Positions 41,447 to 53,467 of a stretch of 64,000 bases of DNA are shown here, in pieces. The DNA lies in the NCBI GenBank assembly GCA_964106645.2, contig OZ067046.1; one strand, 5' to 3'. The DNA comes from Podarcis pityusensis. Its lineage: Eukaryota. The notes under the pieces were generated by a model. It had not been told where the DNA came from, ran no database searches, and saw only the letters and a program-made list of their open reading frames with translations. Each line of letters starts with the position of its first letter. The first letter of the stretch is position 1. Both the position numbers and the translations under genes were made by a program.

Positions 41447-42158
41447 CTTTGCATGTTAACTACCAAACATAGTTAGGCAGCTGAGCTAACCAGAAATGAT
41501 ATGTGCACATTTCATGAACCAGTTCTCCCCACTGCAAAACTTTGCTCTTCTGGGTGATTTTTCCCCATCGCTTTGTGAACAGATGCAAAATGTTCATAAA
41601 GGGCAGGTATCAGGGCAAAGAGAACATGGAGAGCACAAGGCCTGTGGCTTATTATTTACTGACCCCTACATACATTGATTCTCATTATTGTTCTTACATT
41701 TTTCATGCCGATTCCTTAATCCCACTTTAAAGCACATTGCAAATACATAATCTCTCAACACATGCCTGAGCGTGTGTATTCCACGCATACAATGTACAGT
41801 AAGCAAACATTTTTGCCTACAGGTTTGTACTGTCACGTCCTAGCTCTCACTTGCTGATAGAGACAAGACCGAGTGACTAAATTAGAGCTACCTTCCTATC
41901 ACTAGGAGCACTCTGCCATCTGCTGGACGCCTCATTTGCCTGCAGTCTTGTGAATGGGCTCTTCCGATGGAAGCAAGTCCAAAGTCCATCTGAGCTCGAT
42001 GGGAATTGTTGTCAGGACAGTATGTATAGAACTGATGTGTCTAAATTACACAGGTGCCTTGCAAAAAGGTAGCACTGTCTTAATATGAAGCCTTTGCCAA
42101 GTACATTATTTCTATCCCTAAATAGGATATTACTAATTTCATCTTAGATAATTTAAGA

Positions 42159-42534
42159 CAGTATGTTTCCGAGCACAATACAAAGTGTTGGTGCTGACCT
42201 TTAAAGCCTTAAACGGCCTCGGCCCAGTATACCTGAAGGAGCATCTCCACCTCCATTGTTCAGCCCTGAGGTCCAGTGCTGAGGCCCTTCTGACCGTGAA
42301 AAGCGAGGTTACAGGGAGCCAGGCAGAGGGCCTTCTCAGTAGTGGCGCCCAGGAAATAAACAACTATCTGACTTTTAGAAGACATCTGAAGGCAGCCCTG
42401 TTTAGGAGGTTTTTAATGTCTGATGTTTTATTGTATTTCTAATATTTTGTTGGAAGCTGTCCAGAGTGGCTGGGGAAACCCAGCCAGATGGGCAGAGTAT
42501 AAATAATAAATTACTACTATTATATTATTATTAT
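42159..42534 (+). mobile_element. L2 LINE 3' fragment with internal deletions
   Basis: VLVLTFKALNGLGPVYLKEHL...TFRRHLKAALF followed by the L2 3'UTR and (TTA)n. Confidence 0.88.
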
Positions 42535-42663
42535 CTTTTGGGGGGCAAGATTTAGTAATGACACTTGTAAGCATGGATGTTTGCATAGGACATGGAGATA
42601 ATTGGGAAGACATAAACATTAAATATGAACTCAAGCCAGCTTGTAGGTGTCACATACAGTGAT

Positions 42664-43219
42664 ACAGATCAAGGGAAGTAATAGTGCCACTGTATTCTGC
42701 TCTGGTCAGACCTCACCTGGAGTACTGTGTTCAGTTCTGGGCACCACAGTTCAAGAAGGACACTGACAAACTGGAACGTGTCCAGAGGAGGGCAACCAAA
42801 ATGGTCAAAGGCCTGGAAACAATGCCTTATGAGGAACGGTTAAGGGAGCTGGGCATGTTTAGCCTGGAGAAGAGGAGGTTAAGGGGTGATATGATAGCCA
42901 TGTTCAAATATATAAAAGGATGTCACATAGAGGAGGGAGAAAGGTTGTTTTCTGCTGCTCCAGAGAAGCGGACACGGAGCAATGGATCCAAACTACAAGA
43001 AAGAAGTTTCCACCTAAACATTAGGAAGAACTTCCTGACAGTAAGAGCTGTTCGACAGTGGAATTTGCTGCCAAGGAGTGTGGTGGAGTCTCCTTCTTTG
43101 GAGGTCTTTAAGCAGAGGCTTGACAACCATATGTCAGGAGTGCTCTGATGGTGTTTCCTGCTTGGCAGGGGGTTGGACTCGATGGCCCTTGTGGTCTCTT
43201 CCAACTCTATGATTCTATG
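42664..43219 (+). mobile_element. Young CR1 LINE 3' fragment
   Basis: Intact 154-aa frame [25 protein letters not shown]...[22 protein letters not shown], ending ...CAACTCTATGATTCTATG. Confidence 0.93.
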
Positions 43220-43595
43220 TCAGTTACCAAACATTGTCACGTACTAACTCTAAGCAGCCCCTCTAAGGCTTTCCAGCTGCCCAAGTCCCATAATATCTTC
43301 ATGGTGCCAAATCTATTTTCCTCAGAGTCTATCTTTTCATAAGATCTTTGACTTCTCCTTTTAAAACTTTGTTCTTAATCATAAACAAAATTCGGAAGCA
43401 TTTTAAGTAGTTTTATCTACTTTTATATATTCTGTTTTGTTGATGGGCAACACACACAATTTCCTGTAGGCTCTTTTATAAAAGCTAGCTGAGGCAACCA
43501 CCTGCTAATAAAGCTCTGTCCTCAAACATGAGGAAAAGATTTCAAAGGATGAGAAAATGACCAGCAAAAGTCCCAGGATCCTATTACAAGTCTTG

Positions 43596-43685
43596 GAATC
43601 CAACCCTAAATGTGCTTATTGAAAAGTAAGTCCCACTTAGTTCAGTGAGACCTGCTTCCTAGTAAGCATGCTTAGAATTGCAGTC
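43596..43685. repeat. Short palindromic MITE-like repeat; related copies at about 28890, 29260, 31570, 38300, 39235, 60600 and 61797
   Basis: Shared pattern (G)GCTGCAATCCT...AGTAAGTCCCA.T.A.TTCA.TGGGACTTAC...GGATTGCAGC. Confidence 0.55.
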
Positions 43686-44107
43686 TTAACTGAAGTCTGG
43701 CTTTGAAGAAATATCATTAGCACAACCTATTCATTTGAAGCTATCTTAGAATCCTTTTCACCAGAGACTCAAGGGTGGTTTCCTTGTACATGTTTATGAG
43801 GACTGTGCCATCAAGTAATGACTTGCATGCGTACATGCCACCAGGTGTCATCGCAGATGCCTTGCTTTTCAGTAGCATTAGTTCATACGATTAGAAGGGT
43901 GCATAATCAAGTCTAGAGTCATCAAGAGGCATACATTTGTGAACTAGACCTAAGGGAATGCCTTTTTAGGAGGGAGTCAGTTTTAGGAAAGCTTTGACTG
44001 TAATTTTAGACTGGTTCCTATTTACATATTTGTTTGTTTGTTATTGATAGTACTAACCAAGAAATAATCTGAAACCATTTTAAGTAAGCGCACTTAATTA
44101 TCTACTA

Positions 44108-44238
44108 TAGGCATGAGGAACATTTGACACTCCAGATATTGCTGAACTGCAACTCCCATCATCCCTTGCCATTGGCCACACTTCCAGGGGCTGATGGGAA
44201 TTGTAATTCAGTAACATTTGGAGAGCTCCCTGCACCTG
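44108..44238. mobile_element. hAT-like MITE (CTACAACTCCCATC...GATGGGAATTGTAG family; related pieces at about 20030, 27200 and 46035-46290)
   Basis: Internal inverted repeat caactcccatc / gatgggaattg. Confidence 0.5.
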
Positions 44239-44800
44239 ATCTGCGGCAGCACATGGGTGGAATTCTATCCTCTGATCTGCTTTTATTCCAGTCAAAAAGT
44301 AACACTAGTCCTAAAGTGTCTGTTAGTCATTGTTACCTGCAGGCCCCTCCTAGTCCTAGGGTGCTATTGTAAAAGCTCTGGTTAAGATATTGAGACAAAT
44401 ATCTGAGCCAATGATTTCACCTGTTTCTGGGAAGCATACACGAGCATTTTTTTGCTGATAGCATCTCTTTAACTATGTAATTCTACTTGAATTCTAGTTG
44501 AATTCAACGGGACTTGCTCCAAATCCCAAGTTAGCCAACTGGCTTTTAAAAAGACTGAAGGAAATCACTAACTCATGGACAAATACTTGATTACTCATTC
44601 CAACAAAATTTATAATGTGTGTGTTTGTAGCAGGGATAGCTAGTATCTGAGGGTTAACACGACAGGAAATAAAAGTTCCATAAATGGTGAACGGGTCTTC
44701 AGTTAGGTATCACCACTAGACATACTAAATATGATATTAACATCAGGTTATTAATATTAAAATGTAATAAATTTCAACCCAAGTTTTCCTACTCTAAATA

Positions 44801-44997
44801 NNNNNNNNNNNNNNNNNNNNNNNNNNNNNNNNNNNNNNNNNNNNNNNNNNNNNNNNNNNNNNNNNNNNNNNNNNNNNNNNNNNNNNNNNNNNNNNNNNNN
44901 NNNNNNNNNNNNNNNNNNNNNNNNNNNNNNNNNNNNNNNNNNNNNNNNNNNNNNNNNNNNNNNNNNNNNNNNNNNNNNNNNNNNNNNNNNNNNNNNN
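44801..44997. other. Assembly gap (197 N) in GRIA2 intron 2
   Basis: Run of N. Confidence 1.
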
Positions 44998-46062
44998 AGT
45001 TATCAGTTAATTGCCACTGAAATGTTCCAGGAGCAGGTGAGGAAACCACTTGTAGGCCAAGGAGCAAATCAGGAACCTGCTGCTCCAGAACCGACCCAGG
45101 CTAGAGTAATCAGTTTGTAGATTGCAGGCCAAGCAGCATTAGGTTGGTGAACATATAAATACAAAAACAGTATTCTGAAAATGCAGAATCTAAACCAAGA
45201 ATGCCAAGATGAAATATAACAGGGGAAGCTTTCCCATTAATAAATGATCTCACAATCTAATTAACAGTGCTGAGGGATTTTTTGAAATTCAGTTTCTTGA
45301 AAAATATCGTGTACTGCATTGCAAGTCAGTGTACCTCCTCCCTTTGGTGTGTGAGGGTGGTTCCTCCATTGAAGTAAAGAAGGAATGTCTTGAAGGCTCT
45401 GTATTTGCATCATGACTGCTGCACCACATCTCAGATTCCGACGCTGACTTCCAATCCCTTCCCAATGCCATCACAAATGCCTAACCTTTAAAGGGCTCCA
45501 TAACCTTTTCCCAAACTGTCTCCCCATCCATCTTTCCCAATATGTCTCTGCCTATGACCTCAAACATTACCACTGTCGGCCACTTATTCTCTTGCTGTCT
45601 CATATCCCAGAATACCTAAATGGCTGCCAAACCTTTTTACTTCCTTCCTCGAAACCATCATTCATTTGAGGTTCTTTCCTAAACTGAACATCCAGTGGCA
45701 ACTGCAATGAAGCCTAAGTATTTGTAACTCCATTGACCACACTGATTTAATTATTAATCTAATATTTCCCCACCTCCCTTTCCTCTTTGCCCTCTGTTTT
45801 CCTCGTTGTCAAACTTCAGACTGGGAGCCCATTGGGGAAGGGACCTGGCTTTTTGGGGAGCTCATTGGGGAAGGGACCTGGCTAAAGCATCATGTACATT
45901 GATGGTGTTGCAAAAAATAAATAAATAACAGATTACTGAATTAGACCAATGGGACATTTTATAAAACATACTTGACTATATTTACAAGTGCCTTTTCTCT
46001 AAACTGTCCACCAAATTCAGATTTTAAAACAAAGGTGGGGCTTCCAGGTGTTGTTGCTGGCA

Positions 46063-46209
46063 GCTGGGATAGCTCAGTTGGTAGAGCATGAGACTCTTAA
46101 TCTCAAGGTCGTGAGTTTGAGCCCCACGTTGGGAAAAGATTCCTGCATTGCAGGAGGTTGGACTAGATAACCCTCATGGTACTTCCAACGCTACAGTTCC
46201 ATGATTCTA
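46063..46209 (+). mobile_element. SINE with tRNA-Lys(CTT)-like head and CR1-type 3' tail
   Basis: TAGCTCAGTTGGTAGAGCATGAGACTCTTAATCTCAAGGTCGTGAGTTTGAGCCCCACGTTGGG followed by CCTGCATTGCAGGAGGTTGGACTAGAT...ATGATTCTA. The broken acceptor stem and mutated B box indicate it is not a functional tRNA. Confidence 0.8.
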
Positions 46210-49200
46210 CTCATGATCTTTGTTGATGTTGGGTGGACCTGATGGGAGCTGGAATCCAACAACTTCTGGAGAATCACTGGTTCCCCACCCCTTTTAAAAA
46301 CACCCACCATCACATGAAGTGACAGCTGTGCTCCCCCCCATAACATATCCTTTCTCTGTTTTCTTAAAGATTTCTTAAAAAAAAAGAAAAGTGGTTTGTA
46401 CTAGCTTTCTATTTCCTAATATTGAACACCAATGTCCCCTTATTATCTGAGTGACATGGATTATTCAGATCTCAATAGCAGTGCTCTATTTCTAGGAAAA
46501 AGACAGCAGTGGTAATTCCTTCCTAGAAATCCCTTCGTCTGCCTGGAAAGGCCTCATCCTTAACAAGAGAAGTATGGGAGTGAGGAAAATGCACTCTACA
46601 TGCATTCCAAAGTCATCTCTCCTTTGAATTATGTCCACATACTCAAGCGTTATGCTTCAGAACACAGGTTCTGAAACCAGCCTTGGATGCTACAGTTAAC
46701 AGCAGTTAGCAGAATCAATAGGATTCTCCCCAGATCAATTAGACATTTTAAACAGCCTTGCATGTAACCATTGTTGATCAGGCAAAATGAAGCAAAATGT
46801 CAGTTGCCAAACCTGTTCCCTGTTCCATCTGAGCAGCTGTCCTCTTGAAGTCTCTTTCTACATGATCAACCAAGAGCCCTTAAAAACTACCCATTTGACT
46901 CTTCCATAAGCTTTCCAAGGCAGCAGCCTGCTTCATCGGGTGAAAGTTAATGAATAGGGTGAAAAGGGATGTTGCTTGCAAAAGCTTATGCCACAACAGA
47001 ATAGTTCTACGATGCCACAGGAGCAATGGTTGCCCCTGCTATAACACAGCTCTCCTTTAGGAATGTTCATTTTCATTGCAGGAAGCTGCATTTGGCAATC
47101 AACTCCCTAATCTTTTGAATGTGTGGGGTGTGCTTTGGGGTCATGTGGGCACATCCCTGTTCTTGTTCTCCCCCTTCTTCAAGTTCTTGGCTTTAAAACC
47201 CTTGACATCGCCCTCTTAGAAAATGCCTGTATCAACTGGGGACAGAATGGAACACATTCCTTTAAAGACAGTATGACAAATTGCAATTCTAATCATCTTA
47301 GCTGGCAGCGATTTTTCTGCTCAGGCTATCACTTCATTCACTCTCCTCCTCCCCTGCTCAGCTTTCAATTTTTAAGATATTGTACCTTTATTCTTACAGT
47401 CGTGTGTTGTGAGGTATCTGTTTGTTCTTAATTCAATACGAGCGCAAACTGACAGAATTACATTTCTCTTGCAGTTACATTGCATTGCACGGGAGCAACG
47501 ATTCAGACCTTAATGTTAACTAAGCCCCATTCAGTTACTGTTTTTACCTCCAGCATAGCAAAGGGGTAGCATCATAGGAGACTCTACTGAACTGAACAAA
47601 AATCTAATCAAGGAACCCTCCCATTACCTGGATGATTTAAACAAAAAATGAAATAATTTCATAGCTGTCATTTTGGTAGTGCCAGGGACAACTGTTCTTT
47701 GTTCCATCAAATATATCCCCTAAGGAGATGTACATTCCAGCTGAGGAACTTCATGAAAAACAGAGCATTTTCAGATTCGATTTTATCATGGTATTATTTT
47801 TGCTACTTCACCCTTGCAATAGCTACATTGTGCCTGTTACTGAAGCCTTCTAGAAAACCCTCTGAGCCTTACAAAAGAGAAATATCAAGATGATGCCAAG
47901 TGAGAGACGAAGGGCAGGTCACATGTGCATACTGTATATACTAAAAATTCATCTGAATCTATGTCATAGGAGGTTGCTGTTCCAGAAAAGCAATGTTCCC
48001 TGTAGCAGGCTTATCACACAGGCAAGAGCCATTTCTACCCCAAATGCAGGACTCATTCTGTGCTTACTCTTCAGTTGCTTTCCTCCCCCCAAATCAAGGA
48101 AATGTTCCTGAGAGTGCTGTGATTTATTGAGAAAGGGACGGGGCAGAGTAATTCTAATATGGAGAATTGCAAAAAGGAAAATGGCTGATCGGTGCCTCTT
48201 GCAGCTATTGCTGTTCAGAATCAACAATCCACTTGCAGCTTTTTTGCTGCTTCCCCAATCTTCCTCTTGCTATGCACCCTTTCCTACACCAAAAGAGGCC
48301 TTGGGGGTTGAAACATCCCTCAAGAATCTCTCTCTCTTTTTTTAAGCATAAGGCATATGCCAGAATGTGGACTTGTGAATTACTGAGGCAGCCTTCACAA
48401 GGCAGTGAACAGGCTTGGGATATATGGTCCCGTGCCATGTGCAACCACACACAAGGATGCTATCTTGCCACCCCTCCCAATTTGCCCACTCCTTCTCCTC
48501 CTGCATATGTGTAGCAACTCTGCCCAGTAAGACAACAGGCTGCTTCTGGACACTGCTTTTAGAAGAGTAGGCAGAGGAACCTGGTGCCAAATGTCTTTTC
48601 CCCTATTATGGAAAGATGGTGTGCTGAATATTCATCTTCTCAGTATACTCTGCTGTGGGAAGGTGAAAATATACACTATGTCCAGCAGTGGACAGGATTA
48701 AGCAGCCGGTGCCCCTGAACCTGCAGGAAAAGGCAGGAAGAAAGCCCCAAATGCCGCTGTCCTGCAAGCTCTTGTCCCCACATTCTCTCCCTGCATCTCT
48801 AAAGCATTTCTTCGGGGAAGAAAGACCTGCCTTCACAAAGCAAATACCCATGCAGAAAGGGTTGACATGACATTCAGTCACAATGCATGCAGAGGTAAAT
48901 AAGAGCACACCCCACATAGGCAGGGCCCATGGGGGCTTCCATTATGGAGCAGGGTGGGGTCCTCCCTACACCACAATCAGTCATGACTGCAGCCAACCTT
49001 ATGTAATACATTGAAAGCACAAGAGAGAGATCCTTGGAAGTCTCTAGCCAAAATGCAAAGCAGATGGTATGATCTGGTCTGAAGGGGGTCAAGTGGCAGG
49101 ACAGGAGTAGAGCAGGACCACCCTCAGCAGGCAATGGTGCAACCATCTTCCAGAGGGAAATTTAGCTGGATGGATGGGTGCATTCACCATAGTTTAATCC

Positions 49201-49351
49201 CCTCACGCCCTGCCCCACAAGCCTTCCCAGGCTCTCTGGAGCAGCTGAATGCCAAAGTCATGATTCCCACCCCACTCATACACACACACTTGCTTAATGC
49301 ACAAGAGCACCTGCTGCCCTAACTCCACCAACACAGGAGCAAAGGGTTTCT

Positions 49352-49391
49352 GGGGAGGGGAGGGGAGGGGAGGGGAGGGGAGGGGAGGGGA
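49352..49391 (+). repeat. (GGGGA)8 pentanucleotide repeat
   Basis: Read directly from the sequence. Confidence 0.95.
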
Positions 49392-49415
49392 GGATTTGAA
49401 TGAACTGAACATTCA

Positions 49416-49655
<240 letters not shown>

Positions 49656-50249
49656 TCACGAAGAGAAAGAGACCTTCATTTATTTGCCATGGGACTTGCC
49701 TCAGATTGCCAGTTTCACTGACCTTAGGGATGATCTATATCCTAAAATCTCATCCATCTCCCTCCCCTTCAGGGTCCAGATACCCAAACTGAGCTTGGAA
49801 GGGGGACAATATCTGGAAAGCACATGGTGTGCTGCCTTCCTCACATGAAGGGTGCAGTCCAGATCCATTTAGAGCAATGAAAGGTGGGAGGTTTTGGCTT
49901 CCCCATCCTGATTTCAGTGGGATGTGGATTGCACCTTCCCAAATGTCATCAGTGAAGTGTTTAGTTTCAAGCCATGAACTGGCTTGTGGAAAGGAGTTGC
50001 TTCTAGTGGGATGGGATTCGAGAAGATGGGTAACCTTTGGATTTAAGAATGGGGGAGGGGGAGGGGACAGGAGTTGATCTAAAATGAAGGCACTTTTCCT
50101 TTTTTTGGCAAGCATCCACTCCAGCAAGAAAAGGCTGGATTTAAGGGTGCATGCCATGAATACGGCAATTGGACCTGAGTGGTGACCGTGTGCCAGAATC
50201 TCATCTAACAATATATATATATGGGATCCTCTCTGACGGGGCCACTCAC

Positions 50250-50337
50250 CTATTTGTATGCCGTTGGAGTAGACCCCCCAGATGAGTCCCCAAACCAAAG
50301 GAGCCAGGAAGAGAGCAATCTGCCGGATCTTTTGCAT
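50250..50337 (-). CDS. GRIA2: Glutamate receptor AMPA 2 (GluA2), coding exon 1: signal peptide MQKIRQIALFLAPLVWGLIWGVYSNGIQI(G)
   Basis: ATG at 50337-50335. The peptide closely resembles the mammalian GluA2 N-terminus ([30 protein letters not shown]). 88 coding nt end at the donor G|GTGAGT (50250/50249). Confidence 0.96.
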
Positions 50338-50703
50338 TGCCATGAAAAGTAGAGCATCCACAAAGCCACAGAATATTCCTTTGCTGCAGCCGCCGCTGCC
50401 TTCTCCTCCCTTGCCCGTTTGTCGCTCAGCAAATTAGATCCTCTGCATCTTGGGCGAGCAGATGAAGGACCCGAGCTGGAAATGAGCCCTCAGCGGGAGA
50501 AGAAGAAGAGGAGGAGGAAGAGGAAGAAGGGGGTGGATAGAGAAGCAGCCTTGGCCCGCTGCTGCAGTGCTCCCGAGGCCAGCCCGGGGAAGGGAAGAGG
50601 CGCCTGGGATGCCGTTTTCAACGCTGCTCTTGTGCTGCCGTCGCCTCGGTACAGCTCCTTCGCCGGCGAGCACACGCATTCGCCCAGCTCTGCCTCTCTC
50701 GCC

Positions 50704-50755
50704 CTCACGCACTCACACACTCACACGCGCGCACACACCGCACACTCGCGCACAG
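50704..50755 (-). promoter_or_regulatory. Imperfect GU/GC dinucleotide tract in the predicted GRIA2 5'UTR
   Basis: The minus strand reads GTGCGCGAGTGTGCGGTGTGTGCGCGCGTGTGAGTGTGTGAGTGCGTGAG, resembling the GU-repeat of the long mammalian GluR2 5'UTR. Confidence 0.55.
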
Positions 50756-50787
50756 CCAGGCAAGGCGAGCGAAGGGAAGAGGCGGCG

Positions 50788-50799
50788 TGCGCGTGCGCC
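50788..50799. promoter_or_regulatory. NRF1-like site
   Basis: TGCGCGTGCGCC (reverse complement GGCGCACGCGCA) matches YGCGCAYGCGCR at 11 of 12 positions. NRF-1 is a reported activator of the rodent GluR2 promoter. Confidence 0.6.
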
Positions 50800-50949
50800 G
50801 CCGGAGAGAGAGCCTCCTTATGCCCCCCCCTCTCCGTACGCCCCCTCCCCGCGTAGGCCTGGACGCGCGCGCGAGCTCGGCGCGCCTTGGCCAAGGCACC
50901 GCTGCTGCTGCTGCTGGGGGCGGCTGGGCTCGCCAAGAGGCTGGTCCTT

Positions 50950-50970
50950 TTCAGCACCACGGACAGCGCC
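50950..50970 (+). promoter_or_regulatory. RE1/NRSE (REST-binding silencer)
   Basis: TTCAGCACCACGGACAGCGCC is a full match to the canonical 21-bp RE1 consensus. The rodent GluR2 promoter is a known REST target. Confidence 0.92.
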
Positions 50971-51045
50971 GCGGAAGACAGCCGGGGACAGCCAGGCTTT
51001 GGTCCAAAGCAGCCCCTTCCGCGCCCCCTACGGCTGCAGCGAAGA

Positions 51046-51048
<3 letters not shown>

Positions 51049-51091
<43 letters not shown>
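51049..51091 (+). repeat. (CT)n microsatellite in the GRIA2 promoter
   Basis: Read directly from the sequence. Confidence 0.95.
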
Positions 51092-51094
<3 letters not shown>

Positions 51095-52782
51095 CTCTCT
51101 CGTTTCACCGGACAATCGCGGTTTCTGCCACCCCCGCCCTCCCCACCTATTGCGAGCGATCAGGCTTCCGATCCAGAGAAGCAGAATGGTGTGGGTTGTG
51201 CCAAAGCGTAACTTAGAAACGGCCTGCTTTCCAGAGCTGCTTGCTTTCCCCTCCCCCGCTTCCCCAAATCGGACGGTTCAAGGAGCATCTTGGTCGGAGG
51301 AGGAGCAGCTCGCTCGCTTTCTGCATGCTAATCGCTTGAAAAAAAAATCAGACGCGTTGGCGGGCAGGAGAATGCCGTCTTAAAAAGAAGCAAGGAGATC
51401 AGCGCCCACCAGCTAGAGCTGGTCTGCCTGAATTTTTCACTCTTCCACCGAGGCCAAGTTCTTGCTCTGAAAGGTGGGGAAACCGGGTCAAAAAGTAGGA
51501 ACGGGGTTCAGCTACATTCTCTTCCCCAGAAACAGCTGTCTGGAGTTTCATGAGCTTCAAAGGAAAGCCAGTGTGAATATTGATCTCTTCAGCACACATT
51601 CTTACACATTTGATTACATGTGCCCATTGCATACACGCCCACGTTTAGCTGTGACATTTTGTACATTCAGGAAAGGTGCCACAATGATCATATGAATACA
51701 GACCCACAGGTGCACACCACTATTTGTTCATCTTGCTTTGGAGCACCAGACTAGTAGTAGATTAATATACATTAGGTTTAACCTGCAGGCAATTGGAAAG
51801 AGGCCCCCATCTGTCTATAATGGAATTTTATTGTGTTTTTGTCTGTTTTATTATTTGGTTACTGTAGTTTAATATCATATAGTGTACTGGGGAATTGTAA
51901 TAGTGATATATCACCTTCAAGTATAAATGAATAAATATTGTGAGCTTGTAGCTTCAGACTGAGGTGAGAGACATCCATAGCCAAACACATATCTTAAAAT
52001 TAGTAGCAGAACATAATTACTGAGCTTCTGCGTACTTGTGAAAAACTTTACTGAAGAGAAGGAAGGTGCAAAATTGGAAACTGGGTTCCAGAGTATATTA
52101 CAACCCACTATCAATCTCCTAAAGTGTTGCCATGTTATTCAGGGCTGCAGTGAAATTGCATACACTGGATGTTTCATTCCATTCATGTTAAAGCACAAAT
52201 TCTCTCTTGCCTTGCTAAAGCTTACCAGAGGCTTTCCCTTTTTCTGTGGTGTGTTTCTCAGATGAAAAAATATTGACCAGGTGTGGGGTTGTCTACTGAA
52301 TCAGGCACCTGGCAAAGGCCAGTGAAGAGATCCTCCCTCCTACTGGTGAGAGATACCCACTAGGGAAAAATAAAGCAGCAAGTGCCACTGAGTTTTCTTC
52401 CCAGAAAACCAAGTAGGGAACTGTGGCGAGAGAAGTGTAAGGGGAACCACAGTTATAATATTGTCCACTGGCTTGCCCCTAAGTCTATGTCCTTCCCAAT
52501 GGACATAAAGCAAAAACAACAAAACCCACTTCTACTTTAGTGTGATGGAGGAACGGTACAGTTCTTATCTTGCTGGAGCACACAACCCACCACCTGTGTT
52601 ACAGATGGGCAAATTGTGGCCTAAGCTGGTGAAGCCCTTGCCCTAATTTCATGTGCCAAGGAGGGGGAAATGGGCAGGGGGGAGAGAGATGGCAGCAGTA
52701 GAGGAGGGGGGAAAGGGAATGTCAGAAAGAGAAAGCAATAAGCCATCTTTGGCTTCAGCCCCACCCACATTTGGGCCTACCA

Positions 52783-53467
52783 CATTTTTTTCCCCATGTA
52801 ACATTTTTACAAATCAGTTTCATTTGTTGAGATATTGGGAAGAAAAGGGGGAAAGAGGTGGAGGGGGGAAAGATGGGTGGGGGTGGGGGTGGGCGACGGT
52901 GTTACTATTTTACTTACTATATGTAGGGTTTGGTGACAGCGTTGTTTGTGTAGGTTCTTTGTTGTTCGCTTGTGTTCCTTTGGCGGTGAGAGAGGTTGGG
53001 GTTGGTCTAGGGTGTGGTTGTTCATTTGTGGTTGGCTGTGGTGATCTTGGTTTTCATGTGTGAGTTGGGTGGGTGGCTGTTTTGGATCAGGTTAGCCATA
53101 TTGATTTGTATGTTGTTGGTGGGTTTTTGTCGTTGTCTTGTATGTGATAAAGGGGAGCCATACCGGGGTGAAGGTGTCTTCTTCTATTTGTCCCTGTGTC
53201 GGTTTCAGTTTATTGGTTAATTTTTCTAGTAAGGCTGTTTCCCATACTATTTGGTACCATTGGTCCATGCTTATTCCTGACAGGTCTCTCCAGTGTCTGG
53301 CTATGATGCTTCTGGCTGCTGAAAGTAGGTGGGTTATGAGTTCTTTGTGGTGTAAGGTTCTTTGTCTTGGAAGATGTTTAGTAAGGTCAATTCTGGGGTG
53401 ATTTCTAATACTTGCTTGGTTATTTTGTTTATTTCTTGTATGGCTGTTGTCCAGAATAGTTGGATTT
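52783..53467 (-). mobile_element. L1/Tx1-like LINE 3' fragment (ORF2 C-terminus and 3'UTR)
   Basis: The reverse strand reads FWTTAIQEINKITKQVLEITPELTLL / KELITHLLSAARSIIARHWRD...WYQIVWE...W.PFI, typical of vertebrate L1 ORF2 ends, with an A-rich sense strand. Confidence 0.7.

Larger units (their letters stand above)
50560..51200. promoter_or_regulatory. CpG island / GRIA2 promoter and 5'UTR
   Basis: The strongest GC- and CpG-rich non-TE segment in the window, lying immediately upstream of the GRIA2 ATG. GC box CCCCGCCC at 51132-51139. Confidence 0.85.

Noticed and set aside
46063-46135. Functional tRNA-Lys(CTT) gene
   Set aside because: The acceptor stem does not pair, the B box is mutated (GTTTGAG), and the sequence runs directly into a CR1-type tail, so it is a SINE head.
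50815-50825. TATA box (CATAAG on the minus strand)
   Set aside because: Poor match, and the GluR2 promoter is described as TATA-less with multiple start sites.
50419-51383. Several overlapping 100-214 aa ORFs around the promoter
   Set aside because: Low-complexity R/A/P/S-rich products expected from a stop-poor CpG island and a (CT)n repeat, with no recognisable domain.
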